Below are positions 31,133 through 40,780 of a stretch of 43,910 bases of DNA, in pieces. Location: positions 1 through 43,910 of the IMG/VR virus record IMGVR_UViG_3300032225_000678. The stretch is one strand, 5' to 3'. The DNA comes from a virus. Its lineage: Duplodnaviria > Caudoviricetes. The translations under genes and the position numbers were made by a program. Positions within the stretch are counted from its first letter, which is position 1. Each line of letters opens with the position of its first letter. The notes beneath the pieces are model-generated. The model saw only the letters and a program-made list of their open reading frames with translations. It had not been told where the DNA came from and did not search any database.

Positions 31133-33355
31133 GTGACGACGTTTACCCAGACTTTCGGTGGGAACACCATCTACCCCTCGGACGTGTCCTATCTGGCACT
31201 GGCCCTATCAGCCAACACGACGCTTGAGTGGCCGCTCGAAGCCTCGACGGGTAGTAATGTGGTTGCTCGGATCATCGACGTAACGCCAACTGCGGCTTAC
31301 TCGGTTACGATGCCTGACGCGACGCTCACAGGCGTTGGGCAGACAATCCTGTTCAATAACCTGGGGCCTTACACCGTCACGGTGAAAAGTTCGACGGGGA
31401 CGACCCTTATCTCTCTGTCGAGCGGGACGTGCTGGGAACTCTATCTATACGACAACAGCACGGCCACGGGCCTGTGGCGCACGTTTCAATTCGGAGCATC
31501 GACGGCACAGGCGCAGGCATCGGCTCTTGCGGGAGCGGGCCTTGACGCAAACGGCAGTCTCCTTGAGCAGGCAACTGCGGTAACGACCTTCAACGCCAAC
31601 TACTCTGCGGGCACGTCCGACCGGGCTTCGGCCTATGTGTGGACGGGCGGCGTCGGCACTCTTTCGCTGCCGTCAGCCTCATCGGTCGGTAACAACTGGT
31701 TCATGTCTGTCCGCAACGGCGGCACGGGGAATCTGACCATCGACCCATCAGGCTCCGAGACGATCAACGAGGGCTCGACGCTCGTCCTGCTCCCTGACGA
31801 CAGTGCCACCATCGTAACGGACGGCACTGAGTGGTGGACGCTCGGCCTTGGTCAGTCGGCGGTCTTTGCCTTCGACTACACCTCGATCAGCCTGACGGGC
31901 AAGAGTTCTCCCTACGCCCTTTCGGGCTCCGAACTCAACCGAATCACCTATGACTTTGTTGGGGTCCTGACTGCCAACATGGATGTCGTCGTTCCCAAGA
32001 CGACCCAACAATACTGGATTTCCAACGACACGACGGGTGGGAGCTACACCCTTAGTGTCAGGACCAGCACCCAGAGCCCTGCGCTTCTGGTGACGCGCGG
32101 CTCTCGCGGCATCTACTACTGCAACGGCACCGATCTGCTCAAGGCCGACACGCAGGGTATCTCCACCCCTGTTGCTGTCAGCGAGGGTGGCACGGGTTCC
32201 ACGACGGCAGGTGGAGCCCTCATCAACCTGGGCGGCACGTCTGTCGGTATTGCCGTCTTCAACGCTGCGTCTCAGGCTGCTGGTCAAGCCGCTCTGGGCA
32301 CTCAGGCGGTTGGCTACGGTGGCACAGGTCTGACGACCTTCACGACCGGCGACCTGATGTATGCGTCGGACTCTGCGACTCTAAGCAAGCTGGGCATTGG
32401 CTCGACGGGTCAGGCCCTTCGAGTGGTTGCCGGTGTGCCTGCTTGGACGACGGAATCCAGCTATGCCGTCACGACCTTCAGCGGTGGCACTACAGGGCTC
32501 CTGCCGTCGTCCGCTACGTCTGGTGCCATTACGCTCACAGGAACTCTGGCAGTCGCCAATGGCGGCACGAACATCACCTCCTACACGACCGGTGACATTC
32601 TCTACGCTTCGGCCTCAGGGGTGATCAGCAAGTTGGGGATTGGGACGAACGGTCAGCAACTGATCGTGTCCGGAGGTCTCCCGGCTTGGACATCGGTATC
32701 TGGCTCCGTCACGACAATCTCATTCGCTTCGACGGGCCTGACCCCCTCGACCGCTACGTCTGGGGCTGTGACGGTCGGCGGAACGCTCGTCGTTGCGAAC
32801 GGTGGCACCGGGGCCACGACCCTGACCGGCATCGTCAAGGGTAACGGCACTTCGGCGTTCACCGCTGCGACTGTCGGCACTGACTATGTGGCTCCTGGAA
32901 CTGCCACCACCTTCACGGCCAAGCAGACCTTCAGCGGCTCGTCATCGGTCAATGCAGCCCTGTTCACGAACGCTGCGGAAGTTGCCACGGTGTCCGCCAC
33001 GGCAGCGACCGGGACGATCAACTACGATGTCTCGACCCAGAGCGTTCTCTACTACACGAGTAGCGCAGCGGCCAACTGGACTGTGAACCTGAGGCACTCG
33101 TCTGGAACTACCATGAACACCGCCTTGAGCACCGGGCAGTGTCTCACGGTTGTGTTCCTCGTCACTCAAGGCGCTACGGCTTATTACAACAACGTCGTTC
33201 AGGTTGACGGCACGACCTCCGGGGTGACGACAAAATGGCAGAACGCAGCACCCTCGGCGGGTAACGCTTCAAGCGTCGATGCTTACAGCTATACGATTAT
33301 CAAGACTGGAGCATCGGCCTTCACGGTTCTGGCCTCTCAGACGAAGTTTGCCTAG
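31133..33355 (+). CDS. tail fibre protein
   Basis: 740 aa, G/S/T-rich, repeated VANGGTG and GDxxYAS...SKLGIG..GQ.L.V..G.PAW units. Confidence 0.8.
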   Translation: MTTFTQTFGGNTIYPSDVSYLALALSANTTLEWPLEASTGSNVVARIIDVTPTAAYSVTMPDATLTGVGQTILFNNLGPYTVTVKSSTGTTLISLSSGTCWELYLYDNSTATGLWRTFQFGASTAQAQASALAGAGLDANGSLLEQATAVTTFNANYSAGTSDRASAYVWTGGVGTLSLPSASSVGNNWFMSVRNGGTGNLTIDPSGSETINEGSTLVLLPDDSATIVTDGTEWWTLGLGQSAVFAFDYTSISLTGKSSPYALSGSELNRITYDFVGVLTANMDVVVPKTTQQYWISNDTTGGSYTLSVRTSTQSPALLVTRGSRGIYYCNGTDLLKADTQGISTPVAVSEGGTGSTTAGGALINLGGTSVGIAVFNAASQAAGQAALGTQAVGYGGTGLTTFTTGDLMYASDSATLSKLGIGSTGQALRVVAGVPAWTTESSYAVTTFSGGTTGLLPSSATSGAITLTGTLAVANGGTNITSYTTGDILYASASGVISKLGIGTNGQQLIVSGGLPAWTSVSGSVTTISFASTGLTPSTATSGAVTVGGTLVVANGGTGATTLTGIVKGNGTSAFTAATVGTDYVAPGTATTFTAKQTFSGSSSVNAALFTNAAEVATVSATAATGTINYDVSTQSVLYYTSSAAANWTVNLRHSSGTTMNTALSTGQCLTVVFLVTQGATAYYNNVVQVDGTTSGVTTKWQNAAPSAGNASSVDAYSYTIIKTGASAFTVLASQTKFA

Positions 33356-34384
33356 ATGCCCTCGATCACATTTATCGGAGCGATGGCGGCAAGGAGCTTC
33401 GGCTTCTCACAAGGCGTTCGGTCTAGCACGGCGATTGCTGTGTCTCACGACGCTGGTCGTTATATAACCGCATATCCTTGGTCAACGACGGGCTTTGGGA
33501 CAAAGTTTTCTGACCCAGCAACTCTGCCCTCAGGAATTTGTAACGGAGTAGCTTTTACGCCGTCAGGGTCTGACATTGCCGTTGCTGGCAGTTCAGCCGG
33601 AGCAGCTACGGTATACGCTTATCCGTGGAGCACTTCAGGCTTTGGAACGAAATACACGGACGCTTCTGGTCTGACTTCTTCGGTTCGTGGTGTGGCCTTC
33701 TCACCGTCTGGAAATACGATCCTCGTAGCTGACGGAGGTTCGTATATCAACGCCTATCCTTGGGCCGCAGGGTTCGGTAGCAAATATGCTGATCCTGGGA
33801 CACTTCCTGGGAGTAGTGGAAAATCTGTCACATTCTCATCAACCGGCTCTGACGTATTTGTTGCAACCTCGTCTTCACCTCGTATTGAGGCTTATGCTTG
33901 GTCGTCTGGGTTTGGTAGCAAATACGCTGACCCGGCAACTCTACCGTCTGGATCAGCAAACTCTGTTGCCTTTTCAAACTCTGGAGATGTGGCGGTTGGT
34001 TCAATGAGTTCCCCCCGGATTCAGGTTTATCCTTGGGCAGCGGGCTTCGGGACTAAATACTCAGACCCGGCGACGCTACCCACATCATTTGCTTACGGAG
34101 TTGCCTTTGGGGGCGGTTCCATCGCGGTAGCCCATGATGTTAGCCCATATATCAGCGTTTATCCTTGGGTAGCGGGTTTTGGGACCAAATATTCAAACCC
34201 TGCCACCCTCCCCACTAGCACAGGAAACGGTGTTGCGTTCTCAGCCGATGGGTCCGCAATTGCTGTAGCTCATGACACAAGTCCTCGCGTTACCGCATAT
34301 CCTTGGGCCGCAGGGTTTGGAACCAAGTTTTCCAACCCGGTCACATTGCCAACAGGTAACGGAACCGGCGTCGCATTCAACTAG
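33356..34384 (+). CDS. seven-repeat beta-propeller, putative receptor-binding protein
   Basis: 7x ~44-aa Y[PA]W-x(2-3)-GFG-x-K[YF]...VAF repeats, most carrying [DN]PxTLP. Confidence 0.75.
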   Translation: MPSITFIGAMAARSFGFSQGVRSSTAIAVSHDAGRYITAYPWSTTGFGTKFSDPATLPSGICNGVAFTPSGSDIAVAGSSAGAATVYAYPWSTSGFGTKYTDASGLTSSVRGVAFSPSGNTILVADGGSYINAYPWAAGFGSKYADPGTLPGSSGKSVTFSSTGSDVFVATSSSPRIEAYAWSSGFGSKYADPATLPSGSANSVAFSNSGDVAVGSMSSPRIQVYPWAAGFGTKYSDPATLPTSFAYGVAFGGGSIAVAHDVSPYISVYPWVAGFGTKYSNPATLPTSTGNGVAFSADGSAIAVAHDTSPRVTAYPWAAGFGTKFSNPVTLPTGNGTGVAFN

Positions 34385-34395
34385 GAGCACATACA

Positions 34396-34761
34396 ATGGT
34401 CACCTCTGAAGAACACCTCCAAAACCTCGTCGCCAACGCCTTCGGTCGTGAGATGGAGGTCTACGCCTATCAGGTCAATGTGGACAACTACACCACCATG
34501 CTTGAGGCCCTGCCGCTCGGACCCTGGCCCAAGCGCCTTGAAGACTATCGCGCCACGCCCATCGAGCAACTGCCGGTCAATATGAGCGATGATGACGTTA
34601 GCCTTGTTGCTGACTTCCAGTATCGTGACCGCATCACCGGCCTGCTCCGCACCGAAAAGGTCGAGCAGGGCAAGGCTCGTCGCGTCCTCGAAGCCCTGAA
34701 GTCTCAGATCGGTGAGGACTACGACACCCTCGTCGCAGCCCACAAGTCGGCTCAAGCCTAA
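34396..34761 (+). CDS. hypothetical protein (possible fibre chaperone)
   Basis: 121 aa, helical, AGGAG RBS, follows the receptor-binding gene. Confidence 0.65.
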   Translation: MVTSEEHLQNLVANAFGREMEVYAYQVNVDNYTTMLEALPLGPWPKRLEDYRATPIEQLPVNMSDDDVSLVADFQYRDRITGLLRTEKVEQGKARRVLEALKSQIGEDYDTLVAAHKSAQA

Positions 34762-36377
34762 TGGCTGAGAACACGATCATCCAGATCAAGTCGCTTCCCG
34801 GCATCAAGCGTGACGGGACGCGGTTTGAAGGTGATGCTTACGTTGACGGCCAATGGGTCCGGTTCCAACGCGGTCTGCCGCGCAAGATCGGAGGCTATCG
34901 GGCTGCGAGCAAGTATCTGACGGAGATCAGTCGTTCAATCAGTGCCTACACCTATAACGGTCTGACCTATATCCACTCTGGGTCTGCCAACAAGGTCGAG
35001 CGTCTTTACGTCAACTTCGACGGCACGACGAGCGTCGTCAGTAACCGCACGCCAGCAACGCTTACGACTGACCCCAATAACATGTGGCAGTTCGACGTTG
35101 AGACTGACCCCTCGAACAACCTGATCGTGGCTCAGGTCGCTCCGAACTTGCTGAACATCACCAACAATGATGGTGGTCAGTTGTTCTACGGCAACCTACT
35201 AAGCACCGACCCCCTGACGCCTGTTACGGCTTTGCCAACCGGCTATAGCGTGACGGGCGGCGTCGTTGCTCTGCATCCCTATACCTTCATCTATGGGAAC
35301 GAGGGCTATATAGCCTGGAGCGTCGTCGGTAATCCTATCGACTTCACGGGAACCGGCTCAGGCTCTGCGAACGTCGCCTCTCAGAAAATCATCAAGGGTC
35401 TTCCGCTCCGTGGTGGTCCCGGTAACTCGCCGTCCGGTCTGTTCTGGACCGCTGACGCTGTGGTCCGAGCCTCCTTCGTTGGTGGTGATGCGGTCTTCCA
35501 GTTCGACACGATCTCGACGCAATCCTCGATCCTGTCGGCTGATTCGGTCATTGAGTATGACGGTATTTTCTTCTGGGCTGGTATCGACCGCTTCCTGATG
35601 TTCAACGGCGTTGTCCGTGAAGTGCCAAATGCATTGAACCTGAACTGGTTCTTCGACGGCATCAACATGGACTACCGGCAGAAGGTGTTCGCCATCAAGG
35701 TCCCTCGCTACGGGGAAATCTGGTGGTGCTATCCCCGTGGCACGGCGACCGAGTGCTCTCACGCTGTCATCTACAACGTCCGTGAAGACTGCTGGTATGA
35801 CTGTGAGCTACCCAATGGTGGACGCTCTGCTGGGACGCCTGCCTCTGTGTTCCCCAAGCCGATGATGACCGGGGTCGAGGTTCAGACCACTGACACCGAC
35901 TACCGGGTGACTGAGGACGGGACGATTCGTGCGACTGAGGACGGAACTGATCGCGTCACTGAACTCAGCGACGTTGACCTCTACCGCCTGTGGATTCACG
36001 AGGAGGGAATGGACGAGATCGACGGTCTGAACATGCAGCCGATCCAGTCCTACTTCGAGACCGCCGACATCAGCTTGCCCGTCATGGCTCAGGACAACCA
36101 CGCTTTGAGCGTCGTCTATATCGAGCCTGACTTCGTGCAGACGGGCGACATGACTGTCCAGATGAAGGGTCGAGCCAATGCACGTTCGCCCGAAGTGGAT
36201 GGTGACATCCTGACGATCTACGACATTCCGAACACGCCTCAGGAGCAGATCGTCTACTTCAAGGGTCAGCGTCGCCAGCTTCGCTTCAAGTTCCAGAGCA
36301 ATGTGATCGGTGGCGATTACCAGATGGGCCTGATCCTGGCTACGCTGAAGCCCGGTGACAGCACCATAATTGGATGA
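34761..36377 (+). CDS. tail nozzle/tubular protein B-like (P22 gp10-like)
   Basis: 538 aa; PGIKRDGT...WVRFQRGLPRKIGG...EIWWCYP...YNVRE..W..IEPDF. Confidence 0.75.
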   Translation: MAENTIIQIKSLPGIKRDGTRFEGDAYVDGQWVRFQRGLPRKIGGYRAASKYLTEISRSISAYTYNGLTYIHSGSANKVERLYVNFDGTTSVVSNRTPATLTTDPNNMWQFDVETDPSNNLIVAQVAPNLLNITNNDGGQLFYGNLLSTDPLTPVTALPTGYSVTGGVVALHPYTFIYGNEGYIAWSVVGNPIDFTGTGSGSANVASQKIIKGLPLRGGPGNSPSGLFWTADAVVRASFVGGDAVFQFDTISTQSSILSADSVIEYDGIFFWAGIDRFLMFNGVVREVPNALNLNWFFDGINMDYRQKVFAIKVPRYGEIWWCYPRGTATECSHAVIYNVREDCWYDCELPNGGRSAGTPASVFPKPMMTGVEVQTTDTDYRVTEDGTIRATEDGTDRVTELSDVDLYRLWIHEEGMDEIDGLNMQPIQSYFETADISLPVMAQDNHALSVVYIEPDFVQTGDMTVQMKGRANARSPEVDGDILTIYDIPNTPQEQIVYFKGQRRQLRFKFQSNVIGGDYQMGLILATLKPGDSTIIG

Positions 36378-36604
36378 TCAACCCGTTCGGTATGACCCTG
36401 ACAGACTGGGCCGATAGTGTTATCCTGTCGGCAGGAGACGCATGGGCCTTCGGTCGCCTACAGGATGAGAGTCGCTGGCAGGATTGGGCCGTGGCATTCC
36501 TGAGGGGTAACTACTCCCAGAAGAACGCACCTGACCCCTACGCATTTGACGATTGGCGTGAGTGGGCGATGCGCGTCTATACGATGCTCGAAAGGAATGG
36601 CTGA
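36374..36604 (+). CDS. small Trp-rich tail-associated protein
   Basis: WQDWA...PDPYAFDDWREWA. Confidence 0.7.
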   Translation: MINPFGMTLTDWADSVILSAGDAWAFGRLQDESRWQDWAVAFLRGNYSQKNAPDPYAFDDWREWAMRVYTMLERNG

Positions 36605-39600
36605 TGCCGAATCTTGCGGTGAACGTCTCGAAAAACGTCGAGGACCTGACCTACAACCCTCGGCAACCGGGTAAGACCAACCTTGCCTATGGTGCTTACG
36701 AAAACCCCAAGACCTTCTCGGCCATGACCTCTGACGGCGACTTTGCCGGTGAGGTTGGCGCTGACTATAACGGCAAGATTCGCATCATTGACCCGATGAA
36801 CGGTGAACCTCTGTTCGAGGGATCGGGCAATCAGGCTGTCGGCGCTGCGTTCACCGCAGTCAACGAGATCGCCAAGGAGAAGGGGCGCAACGCCTCCTGG
36901 GCCGTTCAGATTGACGATGGTAACGGAGGTTGGGCGACTGCCGCCTCGGACTTCGTTGACGCGAAGAAGTCCAGCCCGCTTGCAATGCTTGCCGACATCG
37001 CTCTGCCGATCATTGGCACGATCCTGTTTCCCTTTGCTGCCCCTGTGTGGGCAGCGGCTCACGCGATGGGCGCAGCGGCAATTGGCGCGGCACTCGGTTC
37101 TATGACATCCAGCGTGGCGCAAGGCCGCTCTGTTGAAGACGCGATGAAGCGTGCGCTGATTGCCGGTGCAACGGCGGGTGTTGCGAACGGCGTCAGCACC
37201 GCAGTCGTAAACTCGGCAGTCAACTCCGCAACCACGGCCCTCGGTGCTGAAGCCGCTAAGGCAGCGGCCAACGGCACGATGACTGTGGCAAAGGCCATCC
37301 AGTCCGGGGCCACTGCGGCTCAGTTGACTGGCGCGGGCATTTCGTCCGCTGCTGTTCAAACTGCCGCCAATACCCTTGCCGCTGCCGGTGAAGTGGCCGG
37401 GCTTACTGTAACGGGTGCTGGAGCAGCCGCTAACGCGCTTGCTGGTGGTGCGAACTTGGCAGTGAATGTTGGCGGAAACTTGGCTGCAAACACGCTTACG
37501 GGTGGGACCGGCGGGGATAACATCGCTCGCAATCCTGCCGACGACAAAGGGACCGGGACGCTTAAGGACGGAAAACTTCAGGACTATAACTACCAGGACA
37601 GCGTAAACGTCCAAGGCGAACTCGATAACGTGACCGTATTGGCGAATGATCTCGCCAAGCAGGGCGCAACCCTTGGCGAGATGGTTGGTAAGTATGGAAT
37701 CCCGTTGGTCATCGCCACCGGAGCCATCGGCGCGTTTGGCGGTGGGGGGACTGTTGCAGGTGAGGCTGTAGCGCCGGTCGAGACCATTGGAAGTGAAGCT
37801 ACTACCGCGTCTGGTGGAACTGTTGGCGGAGTGACCCCAGTCTCAGGTGCAATTGTGCCAACCGGCGGGGTCGGTATGGTTACGACTGAAGCCATGCTTG
37901 CTGGGGCACAAGCCGCCTTTGCGAGCGGCACTATCGCGGACTGGATCGCTGCTCACCCTGCATGGGCTGCTCAACTCGGACTCAGTGCCCTTGGCGTTGT
38001 GACTGGTAGTGGCGTCGATGGTAACGGCCTTGCGACGGGTGGTGGCACGCCCTCACCTCTCCAGCAGAGTGCCCTGTTCAAGAAGGCGCTCCCGGCTCCG
38101 AGCGGAATCTTCGCTAACCTGACGCCTCGTGACGTGTCCAAGTCGGTCACAGACTGGAACAACTACGGCGCTGGCCCTGAGCAGTCGTTCTTCAACAGCG
38201 TGCCTGTTCGTGCAAGCGGCGTCACTCCTGACCCCAAACTCGTCGTCACGCCGTCGAACCCGACGACGCCGACTGGTCCCACCTCTCCGACTACGGGCAC
38301 TGGGACGACTGCTACCGGGACGACTGGCACGGGCCAGACGCCTACCAACCTCGCCGTTCAGAACATGACCAAATACGGGCAAACCCCCGGCGTGCTCGAT
38401 CTCCGCAATCAGCCGACCAGCGTCGATAACCCATATGCTGGTTACGCTACCACTCGCACGCCTCCCGCAGGTGCCGTCGCGCTGCCTGCCAACAGCAATG
38501 CTCGCTTCGTGGTTCAGGAGCCGATGACGGCTGAGGAACTCGCCAAGCAGGCACGCATGAGCGCCATGACGGTTGGTATGGGAACGACCAAGCCCGGCAC
38601 GCCTGACCTTGCCGTCAAGACCACTGGCACGCCACCTCAGCCCGCCAACCCTGCGTCCGCATCGGCTACTGCTCCGACTGGTCGTCCGACTGACGCCTAC
38701 TCTGCTGCCGACCTTGAGCGCATTCGCGTGACTATGGGTCCTGATACCGTCGCGTCGATGCGGAACATCAACGACCTCATGGCGAAGAAGGCTGCTGCCG
38801 AAGCGGCGGCCAAGCCCACGACCGATGGCACCATGAACCAGTTCCAACTGGACTTCGCTGGTCTGAAGGAGCAGCCCAAAGCGGCTCCGCTCGGCGTCGA
38901 TCCTCTCGGCTACTACTATGCGTCCAATGCGGGCATGACCAATGCCGAGCGTGCGAAATATAACGCTGACCTGGATCGCTCAACGATCCTGAACAACGAA
39001 CCGCGCATGTCTCTGATTGATAGCCCCGAGTGGCTCAATGAGAACTTCGGGGTCAAACTTCCGACTCAGAAGGCGCAACCGGCGCTTCCCGCTGTGCAGA
39101 CTGCGACGGCTCCGACTGCCGAGCAGTTGGCTGCTTTGGATATCATTCAACGGCCCGGTAACGGCAAAACTGTCGATCCAAATAAGGCAATGTGGGACGC
39201 TATTTCCGACCCTTCTCCACGAGCCAACCCGAATCCGTCTAACCTGAGTGTTCAGGACGCAATGCGTGAGGCCAATGCCATTAACGCCAAGCAGACGGAT
39301 AGGGTCGTAGATGTCAATCATCAGCCCACTCCGACTACCGTCGAGGCCGTCAAACTCCCTGCCTCGACGCTTGCTGTTGATGTTCAACCCCAACCGAACT
39401 ACGCTCTCAACGTCCCTGACGACATTATGAAGCAACTGGAATCCTATAACTTCCAGTTCAAGCACGGTGGCACGACCTCCCGCGCTTTCGCCGTCAACGG
39501 TGCTGGCGATGGGCGTGAGGACAAGATCGACGCCAAACTGAGCGACGGTGAGTATGTCATCGACGCTGAAACTGTGGCTCTGCTCGGCAACGGGTCTAGC

Positions 39601-39732
39601 AAGGCTGGCGCTCAACAACTCGACAAGTTCCGAGTCAACATCCGCAAGCACAAGGGTCAGAAATTGGCATCCGGCAAGTTTTCTGCTAATGCTAAGTCGC
39701 CTGAAGCGTATATGGCCGGAGGCCGTAGCTAA
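36604..39732 (+). CDS. large internal virion/ejection protein
   Basis: TGATG start at 36604; hydrophobic A/G-rich segment; C-terminal G.GDGREDKIDAKLSDGEYVIDAETV..LG.GSS.AGA motif. Confidence 0.75.
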   Translation: MPNLAVNVSKNVEDLTYNPRQPGKTNLAYGAYENPKTFSAMTSDGDFAGEVGADYNGKIRIIDPMNGEPLFEGSGNQAVGAAFTAVNEIAKEKGRNASWAVQIDDGNGGWATAASDFVDAKKSSPLAMLADIALPIIGTILFPFAAPVWAAAHAMGAAAIGAALGSMTSSVAQGRSVEDAMKRALIAGATAGVANGVSTAVVNSAVNSATTALGAEAAKAAANGTMTVAKAIQSGATAAQLTGAGISSAAVQTAANTLAAAGEVAGLTVTGAGAAANALAGGANLAVNVGGNLAANTLTGGTGGDNIARNPADDKGTGTLKDGKLQDYNYQDSVNVQGELDNVTVLANDLAKQGATLGEMVGKYGIPLVIATGAIGAFGGGGTVAGEAVAPVETIGSEATTASGGTVGGVTPVSGAIVPTGGVGMVTTEAMLAGAQAAFASGTIADWIAAHPAWAAQLGLSALGVVTGSGVDGNGLATGGGTPSPLQQSALFKKALPAPSGIFANLTPRDVSKSVTDWNNYGAGPEQSFFNSVPVRASGVTPDPKLVVTPSNPTTPTGPTSPTTGTGTTATGTTGTGQTPTNLAVQNMTKYGQTPGVLDLRNQPTSVDNPYAGYATTRTPPAGAVALPANSNARFVVQEPMTAEELAKQARMSAMTVGMGTTKPGTPDLAVKTTGTPPQPANPASASATAPTGRPTDAYSAADLERIRVTMGPDTVASMRNINDLMAKKAAAEAAAKPTTDGTMNQFQLDFAGLKEQPKAAPLGVDPLGYYYASNAGMTNAERAKYNADLDRSTILNNEPRMSLIDSPEWLNENFGVKLPTQKAQPALPAVQTATAPTAEQLAALDIIQRPGNGKTVDPNKAMWDAISDPSPRANPNPSNLSVQDAMREANAINAKQTDRVVDVNHQPTPTTVEAVKLPASTLAVDVQPQPNYALNVPDDIMKQLESYNFQFKHGGTTSRAFAVNGAGDGREDKIDAKLSDGEYVIDAETVALLGNGSSKAGAQQLDKFRVNIRKHKGQKLASGKFSANAKSPEAYMAGGRS

Positions 39733-40769
39733 TGACCCTTTCCAGCCTGCTCAATGACGGCAAGTCGTCGATCTCGACGGTTCCGACCTCCAACACCACG
39801 GAGACGGTTCTTCCCGACTGGTATACGAACTATGCGATGGACATCCTTGCTAATCAGCAGGCGGTGGCTAACAACCCGTATGTGACCTACCAGGGTCCTC
39901 GGGTCGCAGGGTTCACGGACCAGCAGAAGCAGGCATTCGCTCAGGCAGGTAATGTCGCCAATGCTCAAGGTGCTCTGACCCAAGCCCAGCCCTATCTGCA
40001 ACAGGGCGCTCAGAACATTTCTCAGAGCACGAACCCCACTGGGGTTAACATGGCGCAGCCCTACCTGAACCAAGCCGGTCAATCGACTGCCGGTCAGGTT
40101 GGCAGCTACATGAACCCCTACACCAATCAGGTCGTTGACCGCATCGGTGACGTAGCCGCCCGCAATCTGCGTGAGAAGTTCCTGCCCGAGATTTCCGACC
40201 GTTTCGTCGGTGCTGGTCAGTTCGGCGGTTCTCGCCAAGCGGAGATGATTGGTCGGGCTCTGCGTGACACGTCAGAGAGCACGCTTGCTCAACAGACCCA
40301 AGCTCTGCAACAGGGCTACACCCAAGCCGCCGACATCGCTCAGAACGATCTGAACCGTCAGGCTCAACTGGCCGGAACTGCCGGGAACTTGGGGCAGAAC
40401 CAGCAGCAGGCGTTACTGTCGGCTGGCACGAACCTCGCCAATCTGGGTCAGACCTACGGGAACATGGCCGAACAGCAGCAGCGCATGGGCGTGACTGGCC
40501 TTTCGGCTCTACAGGGTGTGGGTCAGCAGCAACAGGCTCTGAACCAGCAGAACCTCGACGTTGCCTACCAGGACTTCCTGAAGCAGCAGGCCAACCCGCA
40601 GACCCAACTTAACGCACTGACCGGAACGCTTCAGGGCGTTGCTGGCGCTGTGCCGAAGGGTCAGATGAGCAGCGGCATCGAGGCCGTGAACAGTGGGTCC
40701 ACTGGACCTTCGACGATTGCTACGATCCTGTCGGGTCTGAGCACTCTCAAAGGTCTCACGACCCCTTAA
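39732..40769 (+). CDS. Gln-rich ejection/pilot protein
   Basis: YMNPYTNQV, AGQFGGSRQ; Q/A-rich helical composition. Confidence 0.75.
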   Translation: MTLSSLLNDGKSSISTVPTSNTTETVLPDWYTNYAMDILANQQAVANNPYVTYQGPRVAGFTDQQKQAFAQAGNVANAQGALTQAQPYLQQGAQNISQSTNPTGVNMAQPYLNQAGQSTAGQVGSYMNPYTNQVVDRIGDVAARNLREKFLPEISDRFVGAGQFGGSRQAEMIGRALRDTSESTLAQQTQALQQGYTQAADIAQNDLNRQAQLAGTAGNLGQNQQQALLSAGTNLANLGQTYGNMAEQQQRMGVTGLSALQGVGQQQQALNQQNLDVAYQDFLKQQANPQTQLNALTGTLQGVAGAVPKGQMSSGIEAVNSGSTGPSTIATILSGLSTLKGLTTP

Positions 40770-40780
40770 GGAGATCGCCA

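Noticed and set aside
23630-34384. Diversity-generating retroelement acting on the fibre genes
   Set aside because: No reverse transcriptase and no adenine-variant TR/VR pair were noticed in the window.
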